The translations under genes and the position numbers were made by a program. Shown here in pieces: positions 1-10,342 of a stretch of DNA of 64,000 nucleotides. Where the stretch lies: the NCBI GenBank assembly GCA_963662285.2, contig CAXXMV010000006.1:1280001-1344000 (forward strand). Reading direction: 5' to 3'. The notes under the pieces were generated by a model. It was not told the origin of the DNA, made no database searches, and saw only the letters and a program-made list of their open reading frames with translations. Position 1 is the stretch's first letter, and each line of letters starts with the position of its first letter. Origin of the DNA: a bacterium (GTDB taxonomy: Bacteria; Hinthialibacterota; Hinthialibacteria; Hinthialibacterales; Hinthialibacteraceae).

Positions 1-221
1 TACTCATCCATATTGAATGTTATTACATTCTTGAATGAAATTTTTCCGGCTTTATTAAGATTAATCAGTTCTTTATACGTCCCAAGCGGTGATGAACCTG
101 TGGGGAGACCGAGAATATAAGGTTTATCCGGGGTTGGCTGAAAATCGATGATTTTCTTGGCTATGTAATAGGCGTTCCATTTACTTAGTGATTCATATTC
201 TTCGTGGATAACGATTCTCAT
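1..221 (-). CDS. nagB: Glucosamine-6-phosphate deaminase, N-terminal part (runs off window start)
   Basis: Not in ORF track. Manual translation of the reverse strand from ATG at 221 (GGAGG RBS upstream) gives MRIVIHEEYESLSKWNAYYIAKKIIDFQPTPDKPYILGLPTGSSPLGTYKELINLNKAGKISFKNVITFNMDE, with the NagB motifs LGLPTGSSP and TFNMDE. Confidence 0.93.
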   Translation of the reverse strand, partial: MRIVIHEEYESLSKWNAYYIAKKIIDFQPTPDKPYILGLPTGSSPLGTYKELINLNKAGKISFKNVITFNMDE

Positions 222-508
222 TTTTAAATCCTCCGCTGAAATGATTGAAATTATTGTTATAAAGCTGCTTTTTTTGAGAAATAGCAATTAACTGAAAATA
301 TCACTGTATGCTCCTATGTCTAGAGAACTTGTACCTAAAAGTGTAATTTCTGTTCGCGATTACATTAAATAATAGCCGCATAGAATTATCCTATATTTCA
401 TTCAATATGATTATTTCACTCTTGTTCTCTATACAATGATAACGATAATAGACCAACTGGAGGATAGCCCTCTATATTTTTATACTGAACAGAAATGAAC
501 TGAGAAAA

Positions 509-1720
509 ATGAGTAACTCGATAAGATATTTAGCGGTTTTACTTTTGCTGAGTCTCAGTTGCTTTGCTGACCCGGTTACGGAGTTATTCGTAGAAAAAAT
601 CATTGATGATGACATCTCCGGCGCTTATCAGACCGCTATTGCCGATATCAATAACGATGGTTTGTTCGATATCGCTGTTCTGGGAGAAGGAGAATCGGGC
701 GTTTATTGGTATGAGAATCCCTCATGGCGCAAGCGGCCGATTTGTATAAACGGTCTGACCCGGCATATCGATTTCGACTTTTACGACCTGGATAATGATG
801 GAGAACTGGAACTGGCTCTGGCTTCTGATTTTAACCTTGGTAATACAAAAAGCGGGGGAACCATATCTTGGTTGGATCGAACCAATGATATAAATCAGCC
901 CTGGGAATCCCATCATATTCACTCTGAACCGACCATCCACCGTGTGCGCTGGGCTGATTTGGATGGCGATGGTCAACCAGAACTTATCGCCGCGCCCATT
1001 GCCGGGGTTGGATCTTCTGGCCCGTCATTTAATCAAACTCCGGTTCGACTATTATCTTTTAGTATTCCTCCTGATCCCAAGACCGATAAATGGAAATATG
1101 AGGTAATAGATGATTCGCTTCATCTATTGCATGGGTTATATATAGAAAAACAAACTTCAGCTGATATTGCTTATACCGCCAGCCTGGAAGGCGTAATGAG
1201 TTTTCAGCGAACTTATCCAAACAGGAAGCCTGTTTGGACAAAGATAAAACATTGCAACGGCGCAACAGAGCAGGGAACGCTTTCTGGCAGCAGTGAAGTT
1301 GTCCTTGGGAAAATGCGTAATGGAAATAAGTTTATGGCGACGATTGATCCCTGGCATGGCAATATGGTTGCAGTATATTCACCTATGATTACCAATGCGA
1401 CTGTTGCTGTTCAACGCCGGGTGATTGATGATTCGTTGGTGGTCGGTCATGCCTTGGCTTGCGCTGATTTCGATAAAGACGGCGATGATGAAATAATCGC
1501 CGGATACCGCGGCTCAGGGCATACTATATATTATTATGATTTTATTGCATCATCCAATGAATGGAAACGAATAGAAATAGATAAGGCGGTTGCGGCGCAG
1601 GGATTCGCGGTAGGGGATGTGAATCGCGATGGTTTTCTTGATTTTGTCGCTGCTGGCGGGCAGACGCATAACTTAAAATTGTTCTCTGGAACTGGCGCAA
1701 ACCGGGAATTTTTGAAATAA
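509..1720 (+). CDS. Secreted FG-GAP/VCBS-repeat beta-propeller protein, aldos-2-ulose dehydratase-like
   Basis: Signal peptide; repeated DxNxDG/DLDGDG Ca-binding blades; His-rich motifs HRVRWAD, PWHGN, GHALACADFD resembling the AUDH propeller family. Confidence 0.7.
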   Translation: MSNSIRYLAVLLLLSLSCFADPVTELFVEKIIDDDISGAYQTAIADINNDGLFDIAVLGEGESGVYWYENPSWRKRPICINGLTRHIDFDFYDLDNDGELELALASDFNLGNTKSGGTISWLDRTNDINQPWESHHIHSEPTIHRVRWADLDGDGQPELIAAPIAGVGSSGPSFNQTPVRLLSFSIPPDPKTDKWKYEVIDDSLHLLHGLYIEKQTSADIAYTASLEGVMSFQRTYPNRKPVWTKIKHCNGATEQGTLSGSSEVVLGKMRNGNKFMATIDPWHGNMVAVYSPMITNATVAVQRRVIDDSLVVGHALACADFDKDGDDEIIAGYRGSGHTIYYYDFIASSNEWKRIEIDKAVAAQGFAVGDVNRDGFLDFVAAGGQTHNLKLFSGTGANREFLK

Positions 1721-1796
1721 TCTCAATATACCATATCATCTATTGTATATGGTGGTCCACTTGGCTTAAACCTATTTACTGGAAGGATGAATTAAT

Positions 1797-4700
1797 ATGA
1801 AACGTTTTGCTTGTATTCTTGTATTATTTGCTTTACCTATCTTTGCTTTATCAACCTATTCTGAGACATGGGAAACTTTCCCTCTGCGCGACAATGGATC
1901 GATTCCGATATGGCAAGTCGCCGGGCCATTGCCATATACGCCGGTATATCATAATGATGAGAAGAGCATCGGTTTCTATGTCGATTTTCTTTATAAGCAG
2001 GGCGGCGAGACGGAATATGTTCCTTCTGAAGGCGATAAATTTGAATACGAGCCGGGTAAAACAGTCGCCTGGAAGACCGGAGTAAGCGACGAAGCCGGGC
2101 TGCTGGATTACCTTAATATTCTTGAATCAACCTGGTTGACCCAAGGCGTGGTTTACTCTTTTTGTGAACTGGTCGCCGATGAATCCAAAGAGGTTTTGCT
2201 CAAAGTGCGCAGCAATGACGGGGTGCGCGTGTGGGTTAACGATAAACTGGTTCATAGCAATCATGCTGGAAGAAAAATAGAACAGGAAGTCGATTTAGTT
2301 AAGGTTACGTTGAAAAAGGGACGTAACCGGCTGCTGGGTAAAGTTGACCAGATGGGCGGCGGCTGGGGATTGCTGATAACAGTATTCGAAGCCAATGGCG
2401 ATCCGGTTCAAGGCGTTGCATCCGGCGTTCATACCGACAACGCCTTCAAGAATAAGATTAAATCTGTTGATTTTACATCCTCGTCTTTGGTGTTGAAAAC
2501 TCCTGAGGGCGAGAGACAATTGATAACCGCCAGTCTTGAGTCAGGCGGGTTGCTCAATGCCACATGTCGGTTTACCTCAAAAAGTTGGGATAAAAGTTAT
2601 GAATTTCCTTTGGGTGATATTCCTCTGGGAACGCACCGTTTTGAGTTTAAGATTCCATCTACCTCTGAACCGGTTGATGTTTTGTTCACTACATCCACCG
2701 ATAGCAAAGAGCAAAAAGGTTTAATCATCCAATCTCCCAAAAAATGGATGATCTATCTTCTACAACATACTCATACAGATATCGGGTATACCCGCCCACA
2801 GACCGAAATTCTTCCGGCGCATCTTCAGTATATTGATTATGCGCTGGATTTTTGCGATTTAACTGATGATTATCCTGATGACGCCAAATTCCGTTGGACC
2901 TGTGAAATCAGTTGGGTGGTGCGGGAATATTTGAATCGACGTCCTCCTGAGCAGATCGCACGATTGAAAAAGCGCGTCGCCGAGGGTCGCATCGAAATCG
3001 CGGGCATGTTTCTTAATATGGCTGAAATCGCTGATGAGAGTTCATTGGCTTCTTCACTTCAGTCGCTACGTTCGATCAACCAGCAATTAGGTGTTCCGGT
3101 TCGAACCACGATGCAGAACGACGTCAATGGCGCCGGTTGGTGTCTGGTGGATTATTTTGAAGATATCGGAATTGAATATCTGACCATGGGAATCAATAAG
3201 ACGCGCTCGCTGCTGCCTTTTGACCGTCCGACCTGTTTCTGGTGGGAGTCTCCCTCCGGCAGCCGGGTGATGGTGCATCGCTCCGACCATTACCATACTG
3301 GAAACATGTGGAAAATCCACAGCGGCGAAATGGCGCCATTCAAAACAGGCTTGTTGGGTTATCTGAAATTCCTTGATGAACAAGAATATCCCTTTGACCG
3401 CATCGCCGTCAAATTTTCCGGTTACCATACTGATAACTCTCCGCCATCCACCATTGCATGTGATGTAGTAAAACAATGGAATGATACCTATGCCTGGCCT
3501 AAACTGCGCTTGTCTACGGCTCATGAATTTCTTGATTATGTTAAAGAGAATCATGGCGACGAACTGGCGGTTCATAAGCAATCCTGGCCGGATTGGTGGA
3601 CAGATGGATTCGGTTCTGCGGCGCGTGAAACGGGCGCTTCGCGCGATACGCATGTCGCCATGCAGGTCAATCAGACTCTGCTAGCTATGTCTGCTATGCT
3701 GGGCGCTGACATTAAGCCTGATGTAATGCAAAGAGTGGATAGCGTTCACGAACAACTCTTGTTTTATGATGAGCACACCTATGGCGCCGCCGAGAGCGTC
3801 AGCGATACTATGGCCGAAAATACTATGGTTCAGTGGGGTGAGAAAGCTTCTTATGTGTGGAATGGAGTGAAGCAGGCAGGCATGTTGCGCGAAGAAGCCC
3901 TTGGTCTGTTACAGGGTACTGTGCCGCGCGGCGACGATCCAACTATTGCAGTATTTAATACGCTTAATTGGAAGCGGTCGGGTGAGGTAAAAGTATTTAT
4001 TGATCATGAAATTCTGGCGACGGATGGCAAACGTTGCATTGTGAATCCCGTCACAGGTAAAGTAGTTCCGGCGCAGTTGCTCAGCAACAGGGCTGAAGGT
4101 TCTTATTGGGCGTTGTGGGCCGATGATGTGCCTGCATTGGGTTACAAAATCTTTAATATCGAACCCAGGAAAGAAGCCATTGAGCAAAAAGAGAATCCGA
4201 CGGATGTCACTATTCTGGAAAACGATTTTTACCGTATATTAATTGATAAGCAGACCGGCGCTATAACCAGTCTGGTTGATAAACAGAGCAAAACCGAATT
4301 GTGCGACGATAGTTGCCAGTGGGACCTGGGGCAGTTTATTTATGAAAAACTGATATCCTCCGCAACCGTACCCGGCAGCCGTGAATTACGTAAAGGCGCT
4401 TTTGAACGTTCATCATTACGAGATGTGAAGATCCAAAGCGGCAATAATGGACAGATCTGGCGAAGCGTCGTTATTTCCGGCGAAGCTGATGGTTGCGCCG
4501 TTCCTGGTGGAGTGCATTGTGAAATCCGCTTGTATGATACTGAAAAGCGCATCGAATTTCTTTACGCCATCCGCAAGAATCCTATTACAGACCCTGAAGC
4601 TGTCTATGTGGCGTTTCCGTTTAACCTGGAAGATGGAAAATTTACTTATGAAGGACAAGGCGGCGTTGTGCGTCCCGGTATAGATCAGATTCCACGTTCT

Positions 4701-5309
4701 TCTTCTGATTGGCAGACTGTGCAGAATTTCCTGACGCTTAAGAATGATAACCAACAGGTTATCCTGGTGTGCGATCAGGCGCCTCTGGTGCAGTTTGGCG
4801 ATATCAACCTGGGTAAGTGGCAGGAGACTCTTAAAGTTGATAATACTTATGTCTATTCTTGGGTAATGAATAATTATTGGTTCACCAATTTCCGCGCCAG
4901 CCAGGAGGGTGAATTCAAGTGGCGTTATTCGCTTACTTCCACCGAAGATAACCGCATGAAGACTGCGTCACGTTTTGGTTGGGGATCGCGCGTCCCGATG
5001 GTCGCCCGCCCATTACCGCCGGTTAAAGATGCGTCAAGCAAACAGCCAGCGGCATTATCGGCTTTGGATATTGATTCGGAAAACCTGCTGTTGGTTGAGG
5101 CTCACCCGTCGCGTTATGGTGATGGCGTTATTCTTCATTTACGCGAAGTAGAGGGCAAAGAACAGTCCATTCCTATCAATGATCTTTCTGAATTGCAAAA
5201 GATTCGCCGGGTGGACGAGGTCAACGTTATTGAAGAAGTAATTGAGAAAAGGTTAAAAAAACTTACATTCAAACCTTATGAAGCTAAGTTTGTGAAACTT
5301 ACTTTCTGA
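1797..5309 (+). CDS. Secreted glycoside hydrolase family 38-like (alpha-mannosidase-like) with N-terminal accessory domain
   Basis: Signal peptide; HTHTDIGY metal-binding motif, FRWTCE, QNDVNG nucleophile region, YDEHTYG; C-terminal GH38-type beta domains. Confidence 0.8.
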   Translation: MKRFACILVLFALPIFALSTYSETWETFPLRDNGSIPIWQVAGPLPYTPVYHNDEKSIGFYVDFLYKQGGETEYVPSEGDKFEYEPGKTVAWKTGVSDEAGLLDYLNILESTWLTQGVVYSFCELVADESKEVLLKVRSNDGVRVWVNDKLVHSNHAGRKIEQEVDLVKVTLKKGRNRLLGKVDQMGGGWGLLITVFEANGDPVQGVASGVHTDNAFKNKIKSVDFTSSSLVLKTPEGERQLITASLESGGLLNATCRFTSKSWDKSYEFPLGDIPLGTHRFEFKIPSTSEPVDVLFTTSTDSKEQKGLIIQSPKKWMIYLLQHTHTDIGYTRPQTEILPAHLQYIDYALDFCDLTDDYPDDAKFRWTCEISWVVREYLNRRPPEQIARLKKRVAEGRIEIAGMFLNMAEIADESSLASSLQSLRSINQQLGVPVRTTMQNDVNGAGWCLVDYFEDIGIEYLTMGINKTRSLLPFDRPTCFWWESPSGSRVMVHRSDHYHTGNMWKIHSGEMAPFKTGLLGYLKFLDEQEYPFDRIAVKFSGYHTDNSPPSTIACDVVKQWNDTYAWPKLRLSTAHEFLDYVKENHGDELAVHKQSWPDWWTDGFGSAARETGASRDTHVAMQVNQTLLAMSAMLGADIKPDVMQRVDSVHEQLLFYDEHTYGAAESVSDTMAENTMVQWGEKASYVWNGVKQAGMLREEALGLLQGTVPRGDDPTIAVFNTLNWKRSGEVKVFIDHEILATDGKRCIVNPVTGKVVPAQLLSNRAEGSYWALWADDVPALGYKIFNIEPRKEAIEQKENPTDVTILENDFYRILIDKQTGAITSLVDKQSKTELCDDSCQWDLGQFIYEKLISSATVPGSRELRKGAFERSSLRDVKIQSGNNGQIWRSVVISGEADGCAVPGGVHCEIRLYDTEKRIEFLYAIRKNPITDPEAVYVAFPFNLEDGKFTYEGQGGVVRPGIDQIPRSSSDWQTVQNFLTLKNDNQQVILVCDQAPLVQFGDINLGKWQETLKVDNTYVYSWVMNNYWFTNFRASQEGEFKWRYSLTSTEDNRMKTASRFGWGSRVPMVARPLPPVKDASSKQPAALSALDIDSENLLLVEAHPSRYGDGVILHLREVEGKEQSIPINDLSELQKIRRVDEVNVIEEVIEKRLKKLTFKPYEAKFVKLTF

Positions 5310-5392
5310 TAGGTTCTACATTGCATAAGTATGATTATGGATTAAGAATTATCCGGTTAAACGAATTTATCGTGTAAAGGGAGGATTCTGTC

Positions 5393-6817
5393 ATGGTCAA
5401 CGTCACGCCTGGAGCCAGTCACAGTATTACGATTCGTTTGGAACTTGAAAATGTTCCCGGTCAGTTTGCTAAAGTCGCCTCGGTGGTTGGCGACTTGGGC
5501 GGCAACATGGGAGCGGTTGATATTGTTGGGGTGATGAAGAATATCATTATTCGTGATTTAACAATAGATACGAGTAATGAAGATCATGCGGCGGAGATTG
5601 TAGAAGCGGTCAAGAAGATGAGCGGCATTACAGTGCGCAATGTATCTGACCGCGTATTTCTGCTTCATCTGGGCGGCAAGATCAGCGTGGAGAGTAAAAT
5701 GCCCTTAAACACGCGCGACGCCTTATCAATGGCATATACGCCGGGCGTGGCCCGCGTCTGTATGGCGATTGCGAAAGACCGCAATGCTGTTTATAACCTG
5801 ACCATAAAAAGCAATTCAGTGGCTATCGTCACTGATGGAACCGCTGTTTTGGGATTGGGTGATATCGGTCCCGAAGCGGCCATGCCGGTTATGGAAGGCA
5901 AAGCGATGTTGTTCAAGGAATTCGCCGGAGTGGATGCCTATCCCATCTGTCTTGATACCAAAGACCCCGATGAGATTGTCAGGGTAGTGCAATTAATATC
6001 GCCTGGTTTTGGCGGCATTAACCTTGAAGACATATCCGCTCCGCGCTGTTTTGAAATTGAAAACAGATTAAAAACCTTAGTCGATATACCTGTTTTTCAT
6101 GATGATCAACATGGCACCGCCGTTGTTGTGACTGCGGCTTTGATAAATTCCTTGAAAGTTGTGAACAAGAAGGTAGATGGAATCCGGGTGGTTATACTTG
6201 GCGTCGGAGCGGCTGGAGTCGCCTGCACCAGGATGATGATGAATTTAGGCGTCAAAGATATTGTTGGAATAGATAGTACGGGAATAATTTACTCTGGACG
6301 AACAAAAGGGATGAACCCTATAAAGGAATGGTTCGCGGAGAATACTAATCCTCAAAAAATACAAGGCGATATTTATGATGCTTCCAAAGGCGCCGATGTG
6401 TTTTTAGGATTATCCGGGCCGAACCTGTTTCCGCTGGATGCTTTGAAATCAATGAATATCGATCCCATCGTGTTTGCGTTGGCGAATCCTGATCCGGAAA
6501 TTACTCCTGAGGAAGCTCATGGATTTTGCCGCATCATGGCGACGGGACGGTCTGATTATCCAAATCAGATTAATAATGTTCTATGTTTTCCCGGCATGTT
6601 TCGCGGCGCGTTGAATGTCAGAGCCACTGATATCAATGAAGAAATGAAACTGGCCGCCGCTTATTCTATCGCCAATACAATACCGGATAATGAATTGTCG
6701 GAAGAATACGTTATCCCCAGCGTCTTTGATCGGCGCGTTTTTACCCAAGTCGCCGAATCAGTTTCAAAAGCCGCTATCGAATCCGGCGTCGCGCAGCGTA
6801 AAACGCATGAGAAATAA
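5393..6817 (+). CDS. Malic enzyme with N-terminal ACT domain
   Basis: [60 protein letters not shown]; ACT-like first ~85 aa; GGAGG RBS. Confidence 0.93.
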   Translation: MVNVTPGASHSITIRLELENVPGQFAKVASVVGDLGGNMGAVDIVGVMKNIIIRDLTIDTSNEDHAAEIVEAVKKMSGITVRNVSDRVFLLHLGGKISVESKMPLNTRDALSMAYTPGVARVCMAIAKDRNAVYNLTIKSNSVAIVTDGTAVLGLGDIGPEAAMPVMEGKAMLFKEFAGVDAYPICLDTKDPDEIVRVVQLISPGFGGINLEDISAPRCFEIENRLKTLVDIPVFHDDQHGTAVVVTAALINSLKVVNKKVDGIRVVILGVGAAGVACTRMMMNLGVKDIVGIDSTGIIYSGRTKGMNPIKEWFAENTNPQKIQGDIYDASKGADVFLGLSGPNLFPLDALKSMNIDPIVFALANPDPEITPEEAHGFCRIMATGRSDYPNQINNVLCFPGMFRGALNVRATDINEEMKLAAAYSIANTIPDNELSEEYVIPSVFDRRVFTQVAESVSKAAIESGVAQRKTHEK

Positions 6818-6819
6818 TT

Positions 6820-6914
6820 GTAATAGGTTAGCCAATTGAAGTGCGTATCACTCCCCCAGGCTTAGGGGAGGTTAGGTGGGGTTGATTTGTTGAAGCGCAA
6901 CCCCTCTCTAACTC
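6820..6914. repeat. Dispersed G/C-tract palindromic repeat (family A), copy 1
   Basis: agccaattgaagtgcg...ggggaggttaggtggggttgatttgttgaagcgcaacccctctctaactc closely matches the reverse complement of 18374-18470. Confidence 0.85.
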
Positions 6915-6960
6915 AAAGGTCAATAAGTTAAGCAATTTTTAGCCTACAATGGGTGGTTTA

Positions 6961-7000
6961 ATCAAGGGTTGACCGCAATGCGGTCTTGCCCTTGCCACCC
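6961..7000. repeat. Dispersed hairpin repeat (family B), copy 1
   Basis: atcaagggttgaccgcaatgcggtcttgcccttgccaccc; near-identical reverse complement at 14572-14611 and partial copy at 16251-16268. Confidence 0.85.
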
Positions 7001-7029
7001 ATTATGAATAATTATAAGGAGAATTTTGC

Positions 7030-7431
7030 ATGCCTGGTTTTACAGCTGATCATTTTGCTTTCGGCGTTTCTGACCTGGAAGCGTCTATAGAGTTCTACAC
7101 CGAAAAAATCGGACTCAAATTAATGTTCAAAGAAATTGATAAACAACACCATGAAGCGTTCGCTTTTCTGGAACTGAATGGCGGAAACCTGGAATTGTTG
7201 CAATTGTTGGATGATAACAATCAGCCTGTTCCACGAGTTAAACAAGATATTAAAGAGCCGTTTTGTCCTCATTTGGCGATTGGAACCGATGATATGGATG
7301 GGCTGTTATCCGGACTGCATGAGAAGCAAGTCCCGATAATCAAAGGTCCATTGGAAATCACCGGCAAAGTCCGGTGGGTTTACTTCGCTGATCCTGATAA
7401 TAACATACTTGAGTTCGTCGAGTGGCTTTAA
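7030..7431 (+). CDS. VOC/glyoxalase-bleomycin resistance family protein
   Basis: DHFAFGVSDLEASIEFY, LELL, HLAIGTDD, YFADPDNNILEFVE; GGAG RBS. Confidence 0.9.
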   Translation: MPGFTADHFAFGVSDLEASIEFYTEKIGLKLMFKEIDKQHHEAFAFLELNGGNLELLQLLDDNNQPVPRVKQDIKEPFCPHLAIGTDDMDGLLSGLHEKQVPIIKGPLEITGKVRWVYFADPDNNILEFVEWL

Positions 7432-7455
7432 GAATACAACTGAAGGAACTTTTTA

Positions 7456-9180
7456 ATGAATCTTCATCCAATTGATATTGCTATTCTCGTTGTATATTTA
7501 CTAGGTATAGTCTGCGCCGGTCTCTATTTAAGGCGCCGCGCCGCTGGCGGCGTGGAAGATTATTTCCTGGCGGGACGCAAGACGCATTGGCTTTTTCTGG
7601 CCATGTCGGGCAGCGTTACTACCTATGACATCACCGGAACCATGTGGATTGTGGCCATGTTCTATACTATGGGTCTCAAGGGAATGTGGATTCATTGGTC
7701 ATGGGGATTCATGATGCCCGCTTTCTTTATGACATTCGCGGGCAAGTGGGTGCGGCGCTCTAATGTGGTCACTGGCGCCGAATGGATTCGCACCCGTTTC
7801 GGTGAAGGGATTGACGGACGGATAGCGCGTCAGGCCTATGCGGTTATGGCTATAGTGTTCTGCGTCGGTTTGATCGGTTACGCCTTTCAGGGGATCGGCA
7901 AATTCAGTTCAGTTTACTTGCCTGTATCAGAAACCACCGGCGCCTTGTTTATCATCAGTATAATCTCAGTCTATGTAATTCTTGGAGGCATGTATAGCGT
8001 TATCTTTGCTGACGTAATACAGACTGTTATTCTGACTATCGCCGCCTTTATGGTGGCGGTCATCTGTTACAATAATATTTCCTATGAATCACTGGTGGCT
8101 TCAGTACCCGAAGGGTGGCTTGATATCATGCCCGGCTGGCAGCCGGAATATCTGGCCAATACCGACTATCAGTTTTTTGGATTAATGTGCATCGCCTGGA
8201 CGGTTAAAGGCATGATGTTGAACGCAGGCGGCCCGGGTCAACTGACAGATTTTCAGCGTTTCCTATCGGCGCGCAACGCCAGGGAAAGTTGTAAACTAGG
8301 CGCTGCATGGTCGTTCTTTCTGGTATCGCGCTGGGCTATGTGTATAGGCATCACTGCTCTGGCCATCACCGGGATCGCTGGAGTATCTGATACCGAAAAA
8401 GTTCTGCCATTTGTGTTGAATGAATATCTTCCCGTCGGTTTGAAAGGGATAATCCTGGCGGGATTTATCGCGGCCTTTATGTCAACCTTCGATTCAACCA
8501 TCAATGTAGGCGCATCCTATATTGTGGAAGATTTCTACCGCGCTTTATTCAATCCCGATGCTACCAGGAAACAATTGACCCGTGCGTCATACCTGGCATC
8601 CCTATCAATCATCATTGTCGGAGTATGCGTCGGATTTAACGCGACTTCAATTACATCAATATGGAATTGGCTGATTATGGTCTTCAGCGCCGGATTCCTG
8701 ATACCCAACCTGCTGCGCTGGTATTGGTGGAGATTCAATGGCTGGGGAGTGGTAGGATCAGTCGGCGCAGGAATGTTCTTATGTTTCTTTCTAACTATTG
8801 TTTATCCTGAGGCGCCGATTTACGTCAGTCTCTATATCATTATCGGAGGTTCGTTTATTGCCGCTATTATCGCTACCTTCGCGACTCCCGCTACTGATAG
8901 AAAAATCCTGCATGATTTTTACGCTTCAATCAGACCGGGTGGATGGTGGCGGCCCATTAAAAATGAGATTGGCGTTGAGAATATTCCACCTAATAATGAT
9001 AACTTCACCCGCGATGCGTTCAATACAGTGATAGCATTGGCTGTAGTTCTCAGTCTATATCTAATGCCGGTTTATGCCGTGATCCATCATTGGACGCATT
9101 TCGCAGTCCTGGCGGGAGCATTCGTCATCGGTTCATTGATATTAATGATGACTTGGTATCCATATCTTCCTGAAGATTAG
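7456..9180 (+). CDS. Sodium:solute symporter (SSS) family transporter
   Basis: Many TM segments; EDYFLAGR, GGMYSVIFADVIQ, AAFMSTFDSTIN, LRWYWWRFNGWG. Confidence 0.9.
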   Translation: MNLHPIDIAILVVYLLGIVCAGLYLRRRAAGGVEDYFLAGRKTHWLFLAMSGSVTTYDITGTMWIVAMFYTMGLKGMWIHWSWGFMMPAFFMTFAGKWVRRSNVVTGAEWIRTRFGEGIDGRIARQAYAVMAIVFCVGLIGYAFQGIGKFSSVYLPVSETTGALFIISIISVYVILGGMYSVIFADVIQTVILTIAAFMVAVICYNNISYESLVASVPEGWLDIMPGWQPEYLANTDYQFFGLMCIAWTVKGMMLNAGGPGQLTDFQRFLSARNARESCKLGAAWSFFLVSRWAMCIGITALAITGIAGVSDTEKVLPFVLNEYLPVGLKGIILAGFIAAFMSTFDSTINVGASYIVEDFYRALFNPDATRKQLTRASYLASLSIIIVGVCVGFNATSITSIWNWLIMVFSAGFLIPNLLRWYWWRFNGWGVVGSVGAGMFLCFFLTIVYPEAPIYVSLYIIIGGSFIAAIIATFATPATDRKILHDFYASIRPGGWWRPIKNEIGVENIPPNNDNFTRDAFNTVIALAVVLSLYLMPVYAVIHHWTHFAVLAGAFVIGSLILMMTWYPYLPED

Positions 9181-9220
9181 GGTGATAGACAACGCCATGT
9201 TTTATTTAGAACGATAATAT

Positions 9221-9257
9221 AAAAAGCCCCTTTTCGGTAATGAAGAGGGGCTTTTTT
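9221..9257. terminator. Bidirectional intrinsic terminator between convergent genes
   Basis: aaaaagccccttttc-ggtaat-gaagaggggctttttt: GC stem with A-tract before and T-tract after. Confidence 0.85.
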
Positions 9258-9279
9258 GAATTTAAAAATCTAATCCGTT

Positions 9280-10161
9280 CTAATACAGGTCTTTATAACT
9301 AACCAGTTTGATTCCTCTGCGTTTAATGACCTCTTTTACCTTATCGCTGGTGAAGGCCTTGGTGACTCCATCGCGGTCGGCGGCGACATTGCGGTATCCT
9401 TCGTGACCGATGGTCTCCATTTCCGGGGTATCAAAAGCTGGATGTTCGACGAATAGCCAGACGCCCGGTTTAAGGTTCTCCAGAATTTTCACCATAGCGT
9501 CGATCTTTTGATCCGGCGTGGTTTGGCCGCCGCCAAAGCCGCCTGCGGATTGCAGTCCAGGCGCCGAGAGGGGCAGTTGGTATTCTTTTGATAATCTGTT
9601 GACCAGCGCTTTCAGTTCCGGGGTGCAGGTCGCTGTGCCCATGTGGTTGGTTATATGGGAAACATGCGGGATTTTCTGTTTGGCCAATTCAATCTGCGCC
9701 CGTAGTTCCTGTTCGACTTCTTCGATCTTCCATTTGGATTGCAGGAAACCAGTATTAGGCGGGAAATCATTACGTTGAGAAGTCATAGGGAAAAAATGCC
9801 CCTGCTCATCAACCAGACTTGGCGCGTTAGATATCGGTCCCCATTTGTAATATTCCCATTCACTGGTCAGGTCGAGATGAACGCCGACATCATAACCGGG
9901 ATTCTCATTAAGCATCTTTACGGCTTCGTTGAACCAGGGAGCGGTTACCAATACTTCCACCGAGCGGGCGATGCCTTCTTTATAGCTTTTGATGCAGGCC
10001 AGATTTACTGAATGAGCGGCGCCAATATCATCGGCGCGGACAATCAGCTTTATGTCATCTTCAGCAATAGCTGGACTGTATGATATCACTACCATTCCCA
10101 TTCCCAGTAGCACTGCAAGCACGAAGAACTTGGTAAACTTTTTTAATAGTATATGTCTCAT
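9280..10161 (-). CDS. Secreted YdjC/ChbG-family carbohydrate deacetylase
   Basis: LIVRADDIG, GVHLDLTSEW, SHITNHMG, EHPA; signal peptide after probable start MRHILL (track start 10194 is an upstream alternative). Confidence 0.85.
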   Translation of the reverse strand: MRHILLKKFTKFFVLAVLLGMGMVVISYSPAIAEDDIKLIVRADDIGAAHSVNLACIKSYKEGIARSVEVLVTAPWFNEAVKMLNENPGYDVGVHLDLTSEWEYYKWGPISNAPSLVDEQGHFFPMTSQRNDFPPNTGFLQSKWKIEEVEQELRAQIELAKQKIPHVSHITNHMGTATCTPELKALVNRLSKEYQLPLSAPGLQSAGGFGGGQTTPDQKIDAMVKILENLKPGVWLFVEHPAFDTPEMETIGHEGYRNVAADRDGVTKAFTSDKVKEVIKRRGIKLVSYKDLY

Positions 10162-10342
10162 GATAATAATTCCTTTCAAATTAGGTACAATCATTATTGC
10201 ATTATAACAAAGCGTAGGAAATGGCTAATAGATTTGTTCAATTTGTTTTGCCAAGATGGCATGATATTTTGCGTGATGCAATTATTATGTTGCTATCACT
10301 AATACTTCCCTGTAGGATAATGTTTTCGGGGAGGAAGGGTAA

